Shown here in pieces: positions 9,170 to 18,352 of a stretch of DNA of 64,000 bases (within the stretch, counting starts at the first letter, position 1; the number at the start of each line of letters is the position of its first letter). The notes beneath the pieces were generated by a model. That model did no database searches and had not been told where the DNA came from. It saw only the letters and a program-made list of their open reading frames with translations. Position numbers and translations under genes: made by a program. This DNA comes from Paracoccaceae bacterium. Its GTDB lineage: Bacteria > Pseudomonadota > Alphaproteobacteria > Rhodobacterales > Rhodobacteraceae. Location: positions 2,584,689 through 2,648,688 of the forward strand of contig JAGDYX010000001.1 in assembly GCA_049116435.1 (NCBI GenBank). Reading direction: 5' to 3'.

Positions 9170-9670
9170 AGAGGCCCAATTGAAGCTGTAGCGAGTAATT
9201 AGTGTTTTCCCCAGTTTGAGGGTCACTGCTCAAGACTCGTTCAAATTGGGGGCTGTTAACCTGCCGGGTCGGGTATGCTCCCGGACCCGGCAGGATTTTC
9301 CGACAGCATTTCCAGACATCCATCCAGTGCATGCAGATACGGGCCGACAATCTTCGGATTGGGTCCGAAAAGACCGCCTGTTTTGCGCCGGTTACGAGAT
9401 CGCGTTGCAAGGCTGAGACGGGTGTCAGCGATGGGTGGCGGTGCTTTTAGACGAATTCGAACTCGTCTCTGCCAGGACATTAGTGCTGTCCCCTTTGAAA
9501 GCCCCTGCACGCCTCAAGCCAAGTTACTCTGACAAGACCGTCTGTTTCGGGCAGGAGCCTGACTTGGTTGCCCTTTTCGTAGAGCAAACCACTCGTATCG
9601 CGCACCAGATCCGATTGGCTTCGCGACCCACGAACAATCTCCAAAATTTTTCGGTGTGCTCCAAGGATCG
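9170..9670 (-). pseudogene. decayed serine recombinase (resolvase/invertase) relic
   Basis: Three successive minus-strand frames carry resolvase-like segments: RGSRSQSDLVRDTSGLLYEKGNQVRLLPETD (cf. RLGRS..DL......L..KG....SL.E..D), TGGLF...IVGPYLHALDGCLEMLSENPAG (cf. T..G.L...I.GA.AEFER.LI.ERT.AG), then a weak HTH-like tail. The frames are broken by stops. Confidence 0.45.
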
Positions 9671-9697
9671 ACATTCGGGATGCGTCATAGCTTAGTG

Positions 9698-10243
9698 ATG
9701 CGCATGAATGTGACCGACGAAGATCTGGCCGAGGCTGCGGCTGCAGGCGATCGTACAGCCTTCGCAGTGCTGCTTGAGCGGCACTACGACCGGCTCTTCG
9801 CGCTCGCCTTTCGGCTAACGGGCGTGCGTGCGGAAGCCGAGGATCTGACCCAGGACATATGTGCGACTTTACCGGCTAAGCTGAAAGGGTTTCGCGGGAC
9901 CGCGCGCTTCACCACATGGGCCTACCGGGTGATGGTCAATGCCGCACACGACCGGCGAAGAAGGGCCAGCGCGCGTGCGCGTGCAGCTGATGGTTGGGGC
10001 GATTGGGAGATCGCGCGTCGGGCTGAGGCAGAAGAGGCTCGCGACCGGGCAGACTGGCTATCCTCCGCAATGGCCATGCTCAGTGATGAGCTCTGCGATA
10101 CCGTAGCTCTAACGTTCGATGGCGAGATGACCCAGGCGCAGGCTGCCGAGGTGCTCGGTGTTTCGCAAGGTACTGTGGCCTGGCGCATGTCGGAAGTGAA
10201 GAAGCGCCTGCGCGCGCTTAAGGAAAAGGAGGCCCAAGCATGA
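9698..10243 (+). CDS. ECF-type RNA polymerase sigma-70 family factor
   Basis: Region 2 (DLTQDI, FTTWAYRV) and region 4 HTH (MTQAQAAEVLGVSQGTVAWRMSEVKKRL). The start is uncertain (ATG at 9680, 9698 or 9704; the track ORF begins at a GTG at 9656). Confidence 0.85.
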   Translation: MRMNVTDEDLAEAAAAGDRTAFAVLLERHYDRLFALAFRLTGVRAEAEDLTQDICATLPAKLKGFRGTARFTTWAYRVMVNAAHDRRRRASARARAADGWGDWEIARRAEAEEARDRADWLSSAMAMLSDELCDTVALTFDGEMTQAQAAEVLGVSQGTVAWRMSEVKKRLRALKEKEAQA

Positions 10244-12267
10244 GCGACGAGTTCGACCGGCTCCGTAACGCGATACGCCAAGCCACGCCCGAACCGGACC
10301 CGAATAGAAAGGCCAACGATATCGCGCGGGCAATGGAAAACTTCGACCGCGCCCAAGGATCAGGTGCCGAGGCGCGTCTCATGTCTGACCGTCCCCGTTT
10401 TGGGGCACGGCTCAGACAAGGAGCAGCGAAGATGATCCACACCCTCTCGACCCGCGGCGCTCTTGCCGCATCAACTGCCATCGTCGCCCTCGCGGTGACA
10501 TTCTACGTAAACTTGCCGGAGTTGAGAAACACCGGCCTTAATACTCCTGAATTTCAGACCACTGCCAAACTCGACGAGACCGACGCAGCCGCTGTGGCGC
10601 CCGCCGCGCGGGATGAAGGGTTCGTCGTGGCAAACGCTTCGGAGCCCGCTCCCGAGCCCGAGGTCGGCGCTACTGTAACTCAGTCGGCGCCAAAGGAACT
10701 GTCGGGGCTCGTCCTCGAAGAGGCAGAACGTGCGGGTACCGACACGGTCCGGTTTTCGGCTGACGCAACTGTTGGCGTGGCCCCAGTCACCTCCCCGTCG
10801 ATGGCCGAACGCCGCGCCGCGCCCGCGGCCGGCGGCTTCTCCGACACCGACATGGTCATGCCGACGGAGCTGAATACTGAGACCTATGCCAACGAGGCGC
10901 CGAACCCGTTGAAGGTGACGTCCGAAGAGCCCGTCTCCACCTTCTCGATCGACGTCGATACGGCATCATGGGGGGTCATCCGTTCCTCCCTGAACCGGGG
11001 ACAGATGCCGCCGACGGCCGCGGTGCGGGTCGAGGAGATGGTGAACTACTTCCCCTACGCCTACCCGGCGCCGGAGGTTGACGGCCCGCCGTTCCGCCCC
11101 ACCGTCTCGGTCACACAAACACCCTGGAATCCCGGAACCGAGATTGTCCATATTGCTCTGCAAGGACGTTTGCCCGCTCTAGACGACCGGCCGCCCCTCA
11201 ACCTCATCTTTCTGGTCGACAGCTCCGGCTCGATGGATGATCCGGCCAAACTCCCGCTTCTGAAACAGAGCTTGCGTCTGATGTTGGGCGAATTGCGCCC
11301 TGAGGACCAGGTGGCCATCGTCACCTATGCCGGTGCGGCCGGGCTGGTACTGGAGCCGACCCCAGCGAGAGATGAAACCACCATCCTGGGCGCGCTTGAT
11401 CGGCTCTCCGCGGGTGGGTCCACCGCCGGACAGGCCGGGCTCGAACAGGCGTACAGCGTGGCCGAAGAGATGGCGGGCGACGGGGAAGTCACCCGGGTGA
11501 TCCTTGCCACGGACGGCGATTTCAACGTCGGGCTCTCCGACCCGGCGGCGCTGGAGGGTTATATCGCCAGGAAGCGCGAGACCGGTACATATCTATCGGT
11601 GCTGGGTTTCGGTCGGGGCAATCTCGACGACGCAACGATGCAGGCGTTGGCCCAGAAGGGCAACGGCATGGCTGCCTACATCGACACGCTCGCCGAGGCA
11701 CGCAAGGTGCTAGTCGACCAGCTCACCGGCGCGTTGTTCCCGATTGCGGACGATGTGAAGATACAGGTCGAGTTCAACCCTGCTACCGTCGCCGAATACC
11801 GGCTCATTGGGTACGAGACGCGGTCGCTCCGGCGCGAAGACTTCAACAACGATAAGGTCGATGCCGGCGAGATCGGCGCAGGCCACGCGGTGACGGCGCT
11901 CTACGAGATCACCCCCGTCGACTCCGATGCCCGGCTCACCGATCCGTTGCGCTACGGCGCACGGACACCCGGCAGTGAAGACGGCGAACTCGGCTTCCTC
12001 AAGCTCCGCTACAAGTTGCCGGGTGAAGAAACCAGCCGACTCATCGAGCATCCCATCACCGCCAGTATCGGAGAGGCGACCGACGACACCCGCTTCGCCA
12101 CGGCGATCGCTGGGTTTGGCCAGCTCCTGACCGGGAGCACCTATCTCGACGACTGGACCTATGCCGACGCGATCCGACTCGCCGCAGGCGCAAAGGGCGA
12201 TGACCCCTATGGATACCGCGCCGAGGCCGTGACACTGATGCGGCTCGCTGAAAGCCTTGATCGCTAA
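10240..12267 (+). CDS. membrane-anchored anti-sigma-like protein with periplasmic vWA (YfbK/BatA-like) domain
   Basis: ATGA overlap with the sigma gene. One TM segment (ALAASTAIVALAVTFYV), an Ala/Pro-rich linker, a vWA N-terminal module (VSTFSIDVDTASW...EEMVNYF), a MIDAS motif (LIFLVDSSGSM) and a long C-terminal domain. Confidence 0.8.
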   Translation: MSDEFDRLRNAIRQATPEPDPNRKANDIARAMENFDRAQGSGAEARLMSDRPRFGARLRQGAAKMIHTLSTRGALAASTAIVALAVTFYVNLPELRNTGLNTPEFQTTAKLDETDAAAVAPAARDEGFVVANASEPAPEPEVGATVTQSAPKELSGLVLEEAERAGTDTVRFSADATVGVAPVTSPSMAERRAAPAAGGFSDTDMVMPTELNTETYANEAPNPLKVTSEEPVSTFSIDVDTASWGVIRSSLNRGQMPPTAAVRVEEMVNYFPYAYPAPEVDGPPFRPTVSVTQTPWNPGTEIVHIALQGRLPALDDRPPLNLIFLVDSSGSMDDPAKLPLLKQSLRLMLGELRPEDQVAIVTYAGAAGLVLEPTPARDETTILGALDRLSAGGSTAGQAGLEQAYSVAEEMAGDGEVTRVILATDGDFNVGLSDPAALEGYIARKRETGTYLSVLGFGRGNLDDATMQALAQKGNGMAAYIDTLAEARKVLVDQLTGALFPIADDVKIQVEFNPATVAEYRLIGYETRSLRREDFNNDKVDAGEIGAGHAVTALYEITPVDSDARLTDPLRYGARTPGSEDGELGFLKLRYKLPGEETSRLIEHPITASIGEATDDTRFATAIAGFGQLLTGSTYLDDWTYADAIRLAAGAKGDDPYGYRAEAVTLMRLAESLDR

Positions 12268-12456
12268 AGATGCGGTCTGCGCGATGCGACACTGCGCTCA
12301 GACGAGCGGGTTCTCGCACGTCTGGCATATCTCAGCGTTTTAAATTGGCGCCTTAAACAAATGGTTGATAGCTAATGCCCCATTGATGCCACAAAAACCC
12401 ATAGGAAATCGTTTGCGAACATTTCTTGGAGCAGGATCCCTGGAAAGGAAAACGAA

Positions 12457-12621
12457 ATGGACAAAACAGAAGAAACGAGCCTTTCACGTCGTAAGGCGCT
12501 CGGGCGTATCAGTGCACTTGCGCTTGGCGCTTAGGGTTCTGTCATGACGGATAGTTTTGACGTTATTGTCGTGGGCGCCGGAAGTGCAGGCTGCGTTCTC
12601 GCCGCGCGTTTAGCTATCTAG
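12457..12621 (+). pseudogene. two 25-codon gene stubs: a Tat signal peptide (12457-12534) and a GMC-oxidoreductase N-terminus (12544-12621)
   Basis: My own translation gives MDKTEETSLSRRKALGRISALALGA-stop and MTDSFDVIVVGAGSAGCVLAARLAI-stop. The second is the FAD-binding GxGxxG start typical of choline/gluconate dehydrogenase-type enzymes. Confidence 0.55.
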
Positions 12622-12645
12622 CAAGTATCGGGTTAGCGTCAGGGC

Positions 12646-13131
12646 ATGCATACGTTTCGAAACGCCCGTCCCACCGATGCAGATCGTTGCTATGAGATCG
12701 AGGTTTCAGCTTACGAAGGGGACGAAGCCGCGACGCACGAAAAAATCTCCAAACGGATCAAGCTCTATCCCGAGGGCTTCCTAATGGTTGAGATCGAAGG
12801 AGCGGTGGTAGGATTTATCAATTGCGGTTGTGCGCACCAAGTCGAGATGTCGGACGAAGATTTCAAGGAACTTGTCGGACATGACCCAGACGCTCCGAAT
12901 GTCGTCATCATGTCAGTCGTCGTTGATCCAGCGCAACAGGGCAAAGGTCTATCGAGAGCGTTGATGGGCGAGTTCGTGGAGCGGATGAGAAGAATGGGCA
13001 AGGCCACAATCTACCTCATGTGCAAGGAACACCATGTGCCACTCTACGAAAAGTTTGGATACCGGTATCTGAAGCCCTCAGCCTCTGACCACGGTGGAAT
13101 GCGATGGCATGAGATGTCCATGGCGCTGTGA
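12646..13131 (+). CDS. GNAT family N-acetyltransferase
   Basis: 161 aa. Acetyl-CoA motif A: VVVDPAQQGKGLSRALM. Confidence 0.8.
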   Translation: MHTFRNARPTDADRCYEIEVSAYEGDEAATHEKISKRIKLYPEGFLMVEIEGAVVGFINCGCAHQVEMSDEDFKELVGHDPDAPNVVIMSVVVDPAQQGKGLSRALMGEFVERMRRMGKATIYLMCKEHHVPLYEKFGYRYLKPSASDHGGMRWHEMSMAL

Positions 13132-13518
13132 TTGCCATGCGGCTAAAGCGACATGAAGCTGCAAAACCTGTTTCTTTCACAGTCGAAACTAACTCTGCTC
13201 GCTTTTCTGAAGCGGTAGTAGCCGCAGCTTCGACCATTCAGAGCTTGATCAAGTGCCCTAGACTTCCGCTAGGAGCCCAGAGCGGACGGTGAAAGCGGAT
13301 CTGGTTTTGAAGTAGTGAGAGGCGGTGGTTCGAAAGAGTAATTCGCAGACGCCAGTTACGCGATCTGTCCATCTCAGCGTATTTTCATCTGACGATGACG
13401 TCAGGATGAACCAGTGCTCTACTTCTACGTATTTGTGGCAATTCGCCTAAGCGGATTCACGCTGCACTAGGACCTTGGTCTGTGGAACTCTTCAGCAAAA
13501 TCGCGCAAAAAAGCGTTC

Positions 13519-14892
13519 ATGTTGTATCAACGACCCCGACGTCCTCTTACCAGTCGCTTTATGCTGGTCGGTGGTTTCGTGATGGCCGTGGCGGCCTTAA
13601 TCCTCGGAAGTTGGGTGGCATTTCGTATCGAGCACGGAGTGGTCGCAAATTCCGCTACGTCAGCGGCACTCTACATGGAAAGCTTTATCTCTCCGATCAG
13701 CCATGAGCTTACGGATGGCGAACAGTTGTCTGACCCTTCCCGCGCCGCTCTGCGGAAGATCTTTCTTGAATCCGCTTTGGGCGAACGCGTCGTGTCCTAC
13801 AAAATTTGGGGAACTGCCGGTGAGATAATCGAGGCGTCCAATCAAGAGCTTATCGGACAAGTCTTCGAGCTATCCAACGATCAGCAAGCGGCTTGGGCTG
13901 GCGAGATCGCGGCATCGTTTGAGGATCTGAATGACGTTGAGGACGAAGGCGAAGCTGCGCTGGGAATTCCTCTTTTGGAGGTCTACAGCCCGGTCTTTGA
14001 TCCTTGGTCTGGTGAAGTCATTGCAGTCGCCGAATTCTATGAAGTTGCGACTGACCTTGCCATCGACATTCGAAACGCACGCCGCAACACGTGGCTGATC
14101 GTTGCCGCCGTCTTCGCTGGCAGTTCCTTGCTCTTGCTTGGGGTCGTCGAAGCAGGCAGTCGACAGATCGAAAGCCAGCGTCTGGAACTAAACAAGCGGC
14201 TTGCGGAAGCCGAGGAGTTGTCTCACCAGAATGAGGATCTGTCACGCCGCGCGCGACTGGCCGCACAGAGATCCACCGCACAAGCAGACCGGGTCATGCA
14301 GAGAATTGGTCAGGAGTTGCACGATGGTGTTGCTCAACATCTTTCGCTCGCTGGGCTGCGGTTAATTGATGCCGAAACCAAGGATCCAGAGGACTCCAGA
14401 ACTGTCCGTGCGTCGTTAGACGCGGCTATGCGGGAACTCCGAGCTATTTCACGTGGATTGTCTTTACCAGATATTGAGAACCTTTCTCTTGGAGAAACCA
14501 TCAAACGCGCAATCGATGATCATGCGAAGGCATTCGGCGGCAGAATCGAGAAGAGCATCGACCAAGGCCTAGATGAGCCCGCGCCGCATGCAATCAAGCT
14601 ATGTTGTTACCGGTTCCTACAAGAAACGCTTTACAATGCGCACAAGCATGCAAGCGGGAAGTCAATCACCATTAACGCGAAGCTGCGAGGAGCCAGGGTT
14701 TTTCTCTCTGTGAAGGACGATGGCAAAGGGTTTGAGCCGGATCAGCATTCATATGTGCGACAAGACGGCGGACAGGGCCTTTTGGGCCTTCGTGACCGCG
14801 CTGAAACCCTTCGTGGTCGTATTGAGATTGTTTCGCGACCTGGTGCGGGCACGACCATCTCGCTTGAACTTCCAATGATGGAGACCGCTTAA
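13519..14892 (+). CDS. sensor histidine kinase, HisKA_3/NarX-type
   Basis: Two TM segments flank a periplasmic domain. H-box ELHDGVAQHLS. HATPase motifs NAHKHA, DDGKGF, GGQGLLGLRDR. Confidence 0.88.
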   Translation: MLYQRPRRPLTSRFMLVGGFVMAVAALILGSWVAFRIEHGVVANSATSAALYMESFISPISHELTDGEQLSDPSRAALRKIFLESALGERVVSYKIWGTAGEIIEASNQELIGQVFELSNDQQAAWAGEIAASFEDLNDVEDEGEAALGIPLLEVYSPVFDPWSGEVIAVAEFYEVATDLAIDIRNARRNTWLIVAAVFAGSSLLLLGVVEAGSRQIESQRLELNKRLAEAEELSHQNEDLSRRARLAAQRSTAQADRVMQRIGQELHDGVAQHLSLAGLRLIDAETKDPEDSRTVRASLDAAMRELRAISRGLSLPDIENLSLGETIKRAIDDHAKAFGGRIEKSIDQGLDEPAPHAIKLCCYRFLQETLYNAHKHASGKSITINAKLRGARVFLSVKDDGKGFEPDQHSYVRQDGGQGLLGLRDRAETLRGRIEIVSRPGAGTTISLELPMMETA

Positions 14893-15536
14893 TGACCAGT
14901 CGTATCTTGGTAGCAGATGACCATCCGATTTTTCGTGACGGATTGGTGAAGAGTCTTGAAGAGACCGGTGAATTCAGAGTTGTTGCTACCGCCTCGTCGG
15001 CGGAAGAGGCCATCGGGCTGGCACATCAGAAACACCCCGACCTTGCGCTACTTGACCTCTCTATGCCGGGCAGCGGACTGACCGCGCTCACCAGGATCTT
15101 GATCGATGAGTCAGCCGCACATGTCGCTATGCTGACTGTTTCAGAAGATGACGAAGATGTTGGCAGAGCGCTGCAAGCTGGGGCATCAGCATATATTCTA
15201 AAAGGCGTTTCCGCGACTGAACTACGCCGCATTCTGAAAGGGGTCTTGGCCGGTGAGGCCTATGTATCGCCTGGTTTGGCCGCTAGAGTTCTCAGCCTGA
15301 TGGCGACGCCAAAGCCAGACAAGGAGCAATCTCCGTTCGATGATTTGACGAACCGCGAAATCGAGATCCTTCAATTCGTTTCCAAGGGCCTAAGCAACAA
15401 AGAAGTCGCCCGTGAACTCGATATTCAGGAGAAGACTGTCAAACATCACATGACGACAATTATGAGCAAGTTGCAGGCCCGAAACAGGGTCGAAGCTGCA
15501 TTGATGGCGCATGATCGGTGGGGCCGTGATGGGTAA
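14892..15536 (+). CDS. NarL/LuxR-family response regulator
   Basis: Receiver domain (ILVADDHP, DLALLDLSMPG) plus LuxR HTH (LTNREIEILQFVSKGLSNKEVA). 1-nt TAATG overlap with the kinase gene. Confidence 0.9.
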   Translation: MTSRILVADDHPIFRDGLVKSLEETGEFRVVATASSAEEAIGLAHQKHPDLALLDLSMPGSGLTALTRILIDESAAHVAMLTVSEDDEDVGRALQAGASAYILKGVSATELRRILKGVLAGEAYVSPGLAARVLSLMATPKPDKEQSPFDDLTNREIEILQFVSKGLSNKEVARELDIQEKTVKHHMTTIMSKLQARNRVEAALMAHDRWGRDG

Positions 15537-15580
15537 TTGAGCGCGTGCGTGGGCAGCAGCGGAACTACAATGTAATGAAC

Positions 15581-16210
15581 TCAGGCTGACTTATCCACTT
15601 TTGTGAAAGTCGCGTTGAACGCGACCGTCACACGCTCACCGTTGGCCTCGTTCGGATAGACCCAATGCATTAAAAACGAAGGAAACAAGATGAGGTCTCC
15701 TGGCATCGGCCGCACCTTCTTCTTGATTTTGAAGGAGGGCGCGTCCAGTAGCCGCCAATTCGGGAGATCTGAGCGCGGATCCAGAAACTCGATCATTCCC
15801 GAATCTCCTTTTTCAACCTCGGGCTGTGCAACGTAATAGACACCTGACCAATGTGCACCCGGGTGCGTGTGCGGTGCATTGAAGCCGCCCTTTGGATTGA
15901 TATTCATCCAAGCGAAAAGCTTCAGTTTCAGGGTCTTGGGATCGACCTTTGCACCAATCCTTGACGTCGCATCAACCACAGCATCGGTGGCCAATGCATT
16001 GAGCACTTTGACAGGAGCCGCAGAGCTGGTGAACAGGTTGCCTTCGGAATGCCATCCGCCCTTGTTGGATTTTGATACACCTTCCTCCTTTGAACGAAGG
16101 GCGCGGCCCTCCTCTAGCAAGGCAGCGTTAAGCTGAGCATGCTCAGGGAAATGAAACCTAAAGAATGGGGTCGCAAAGAGCTTTTGATATTTCTCTGATT
16201 GAAGCAGCAT
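15581..16210 (-). CDS. TIGR02466-type putative 2OG-Fe(II) oxygenase family protein
   Basis: Start moved to the ATG at 16210 (MLLQSEKY). Motifs GGWHS, NAPHTHPGAHWSGVYY, LILFPSFLMHWV. Confidence 0.7.
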   Translation of the reverse strand: MLLQSEKYQKLFATPFFRFHFPEHAQLNAALLEEGRALRSKEEGVSKSNKGGWHSEGNLFTSSAAPVKVLNALATDAVVDATSRIGAKVDPKTLKLKLFAWMNINPKGGFNAPHTHPGAHWSGVYYVAQPEVEKGDSGMIEFLDPRSDLPNWRLLDAPSFKIKKKVRPMPGDLILFPSFLMHWVYPNEANGERVTVAFNATFTKVDKSA

Positions 16211-16293
16211 GAGTGATTCGGTTCTTAAGAAGCGCCCCGGAGCTGTGCTCCGAGGCATAAAACGTGATTGATGGAAGTGCCGCGAAGGTCGGA

Positions 16294-16674
16294 TCAATCC
16301 TCCGCGTCTTCGGCGTCATCTGACGCGCCGTCGTCATCCTCTCCGTTGTCGTCCTCTTCATCATCGGACTCGCTGTCGTCATCCTCTTCATCGTCGGACT
16401 CGCCGTCATCGCCACCCTCGTCGTCGTCGTCTTCATCGTCCTCGGAAAACGATGCGCGAACTTCAGCGCGCGTTAGTTCGCCGTCTTCGTTCCGATCGGC
16501 ACGTGCAATGATGTCTTCTGCCGTACTTTCTCCAAAAACCTCCACGAGTTCGCCAAGCGTCAGGTTTCCATTTCCGTCCGTGTCGATGGCCGAAAATGAA
16601 CGGCTCTCTGCGATTGCGGGTGCTGACACGACCGCGCAGAGCGAGCTTGTCAAAAGCAAGTGGGATAGTCTCAT
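16294..16674 (-). CDS. secreted EF-hand calcium-binding protein with polyacidic C-terminal tail
   Basis: AGGAGA RBS. Signal peptide ending AIAES. Two EF loops (DTDGNGNLTLGE, DRNEDGELTRAE). About 50 residues of D/E-rich tail. Confidence 0.8.
   Translation of the reverse strand: MRLSHLLLTSSLCAVVSAPAIAESRSFSAIDTDGNGNLTLGELVEVFGESTAEDIIARADRNEDGELTRAEVRASFSEDDEDDDDEGGDDGESDDEEDDDSESDDEEDDNGEDDDGASDDAEDAED
16348..16404. repeat. in-frame imperfect tandem duplication inside the acidic tail
   Basis: GTCGTCCTCTTCATCATCGGACTCGCT (27 nt) is followed directly by GTCGTCATCCTCTTCATCGTCGGACTCGCC (30 nt). They encode SESDDEEDD and GESDDEEDDD on the minus strand. Confidence 0.75.
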
Positions 16675-17030
16675 GTCGTCTCTCCTAGCTTTCCTTGGCG
16701 CCGCCCTGACGTAAGGGACAGCTTGCAGCCGAATACTGCCCTGCCCTCATTCACGCGGCCTCGGAATTGGGTCTGACTACCATGACAAATTGGTCTTATA
16801 GCGCATCGGACTTTCGTCCTACAGGTATCGTCACAGGGCTCCATCCGGCAGAGCTCAAATGTCAGCTCTGTCCGCGGAGCAGTCATTGAAGGTTTTCTGG
16901 CCAAGTGACTGTTTCGAGCCCTTACCGGGAACTCGTTCGAGCAGCTCCAAACCCAGAGCAAAGGTAATCTTTGACCGATGCCGCTGATAGCCGCAGAGTA
17001 GTTACTGAGGGGATTCGACGATCTGTGACC

Positions 17031-17073
17031 AAGCAGACATTCGCTGTGTACAATGTGAATGACCGCTTTGCGG
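17031..17073. repeat. REP-like element, arms in reversed order
   Basis: AAGCAGACATT-cgctgtgtacaatgtg-AATGACCGCTTTGCGG. The two arms are 9/11 complementary. Confidence 0.5.
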
Positions 17074-17309
17074 ACGGAGTTGCCATTTGCAGACCCAGCT
17101 AATGGTCGAACAGAAATCCTCCAGATTCGGCGGCAACCGACATGCTGTGATGCAGCATGAACGACAACAGAAACCAAGCCAGAGCCTCGGCACTGAAATT
17201 GCCCATACATTCCGAAAACCCAGAATTCGAGCTGGCTCAGTATTAGTCCAATTTACGTTTTGCCAAACGAGAGAAAAGATTGATCTTGGAGCTAGGAGGC
17301 TTTTTTGCG

Positions 17310-18227
17310 ATGAACACGAATCGATCTACGCTGCCCACCACAACCGATGAAATGGACGCCCTTTTTGCAAAGGTATTTAGGGAAGAAAGTACGAATTCGG
17401 GCTTGGCCTTTCAGCCGCGCCCTACCGACATAATCATTGCTCCCTTCGCCAAATGTGGCACAACCTGGCTGCAGCAGATTGCCCACGGCTTGCGGACACG
17501 GGGCAGTATGGACTTTGAAGAGATCAGTAATGTAACGCCGTGGATCGAGCTCGCTTTCGAACTTGGCATCGATCTGGACGCGACTCAAGTGGCCGAACCG
17601 CGGGTCTTCAAGAGCCATCTCAATTGGCGGGATGTTCCCAAGAACGCACGCTATATTGTCTCATTTCGCGATCCATCGGATGCGTTCATATCAATCTACC
17701 GTTTCTTTGAAGGCTTTATGTTTGAGCCTGGTACGATTGATATGGACACGTTCTTTCGGTGGCGCAACCCGACTGCCGAGATGGGCGAGCGCGGATACTG
17801 GCACCACTTGGCTTCATGGTGGGAGCAGCGAAATAATCCCGATGTCCTTTTGCTGTGTTACGAAGACATGCTGGCAGATATTCTTGGCACAGTGCGGCGT
17901 ATTGCGGCGTTCATGGACATCCCGCTTGATGACGAGCTGTTCGCCCGTGTGGTGCACCAAGCCTCGCGGCGGTTCATGTTGGAGCATAAAAGTCAGTTTG
18001 ATGAGGCCCCATTTCGGCGCCTGATTTCTCGGCGGACGGGTTTGCCTGTTGATACTGATGCCTCCAAGGTCACGCCCGGCGCGCGCGACGACCCGAAATA
18101 TCATCTTTCAGCAACACACCAAAAGAAGCTGGAGGAAATCTGGCAGGCGCAGCTGTCCAACCGTTTCGGTCTGGAGAGCTACAAAGATCTAAGGCATGCC
18201 ATTCGAACTCTACATCAAACTGGATAG
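17310..18227 (+). CDS. PAPS-dependent sulfotransferase (Sulfotransfer_1-like)
   Basis: AGGAGG RBS 10 nt upstream of the ATG at 17310. 5'-PSB loop FAKCGTTWLQQI and 3'-PB motif VSFRDPSDAFIS. Confidence 0.8.
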   Translation: MNTNRSTLPTTTDEMDALFAKVFREESTNSGLAFQPRPTDIIIAPFAKCGTTWLQQIAHGLRTRGSMDFEEISNVTPWIELAFELGIDLDATQVAEPRVFKSHLNWRDVPKNARYIVSFRDPSDAFISIYRFFEGFMFEPGTIDMDTFFRWRNPTAEMGERGYWHHLASWWEQRNNPDVLLLCYEDMLADILGTVRRIAAFMDIPLDDELFARVVHQASRRFMLEHKSQFDEAPFRRLISRRTGLPVDTDASKVTPGARDDPKYHLSATHQKKLEEIWQAQLSNRFGLESYKDLRHAIRTLHQTG

Positions 18228-18352
18228 ACCCAACGATGGCAAGTTCTCCTAGGATACGGCCCAATCGGGCGATCTGCCTCGCGCTATGACTATGCAGATT
18301 GCGCATCCGAGGCGAATTTTCCTCCTGCAAGAATCTGTGTCGGATTACTGGC

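Noticed and set aside
16300-16450. Short repeated GA/TC-rich units that could superficially resemble a repeat array.
   Set aside because: They lie in frame inside the EF-hand protein gene and encode Asp/Glu runs. They lack the spacer-repeat periodicity of a CRISPR array.
16671-17210. A 179-aa minus-strand ORF filling the gap between the EF-hand gene and the sulfotransferase gene.
   Set aside because: The composition is Cys/Arg/Ser-rich, with no RBS and no recognisable motif. It overlaps a REP-like element. Treated as non-coding.
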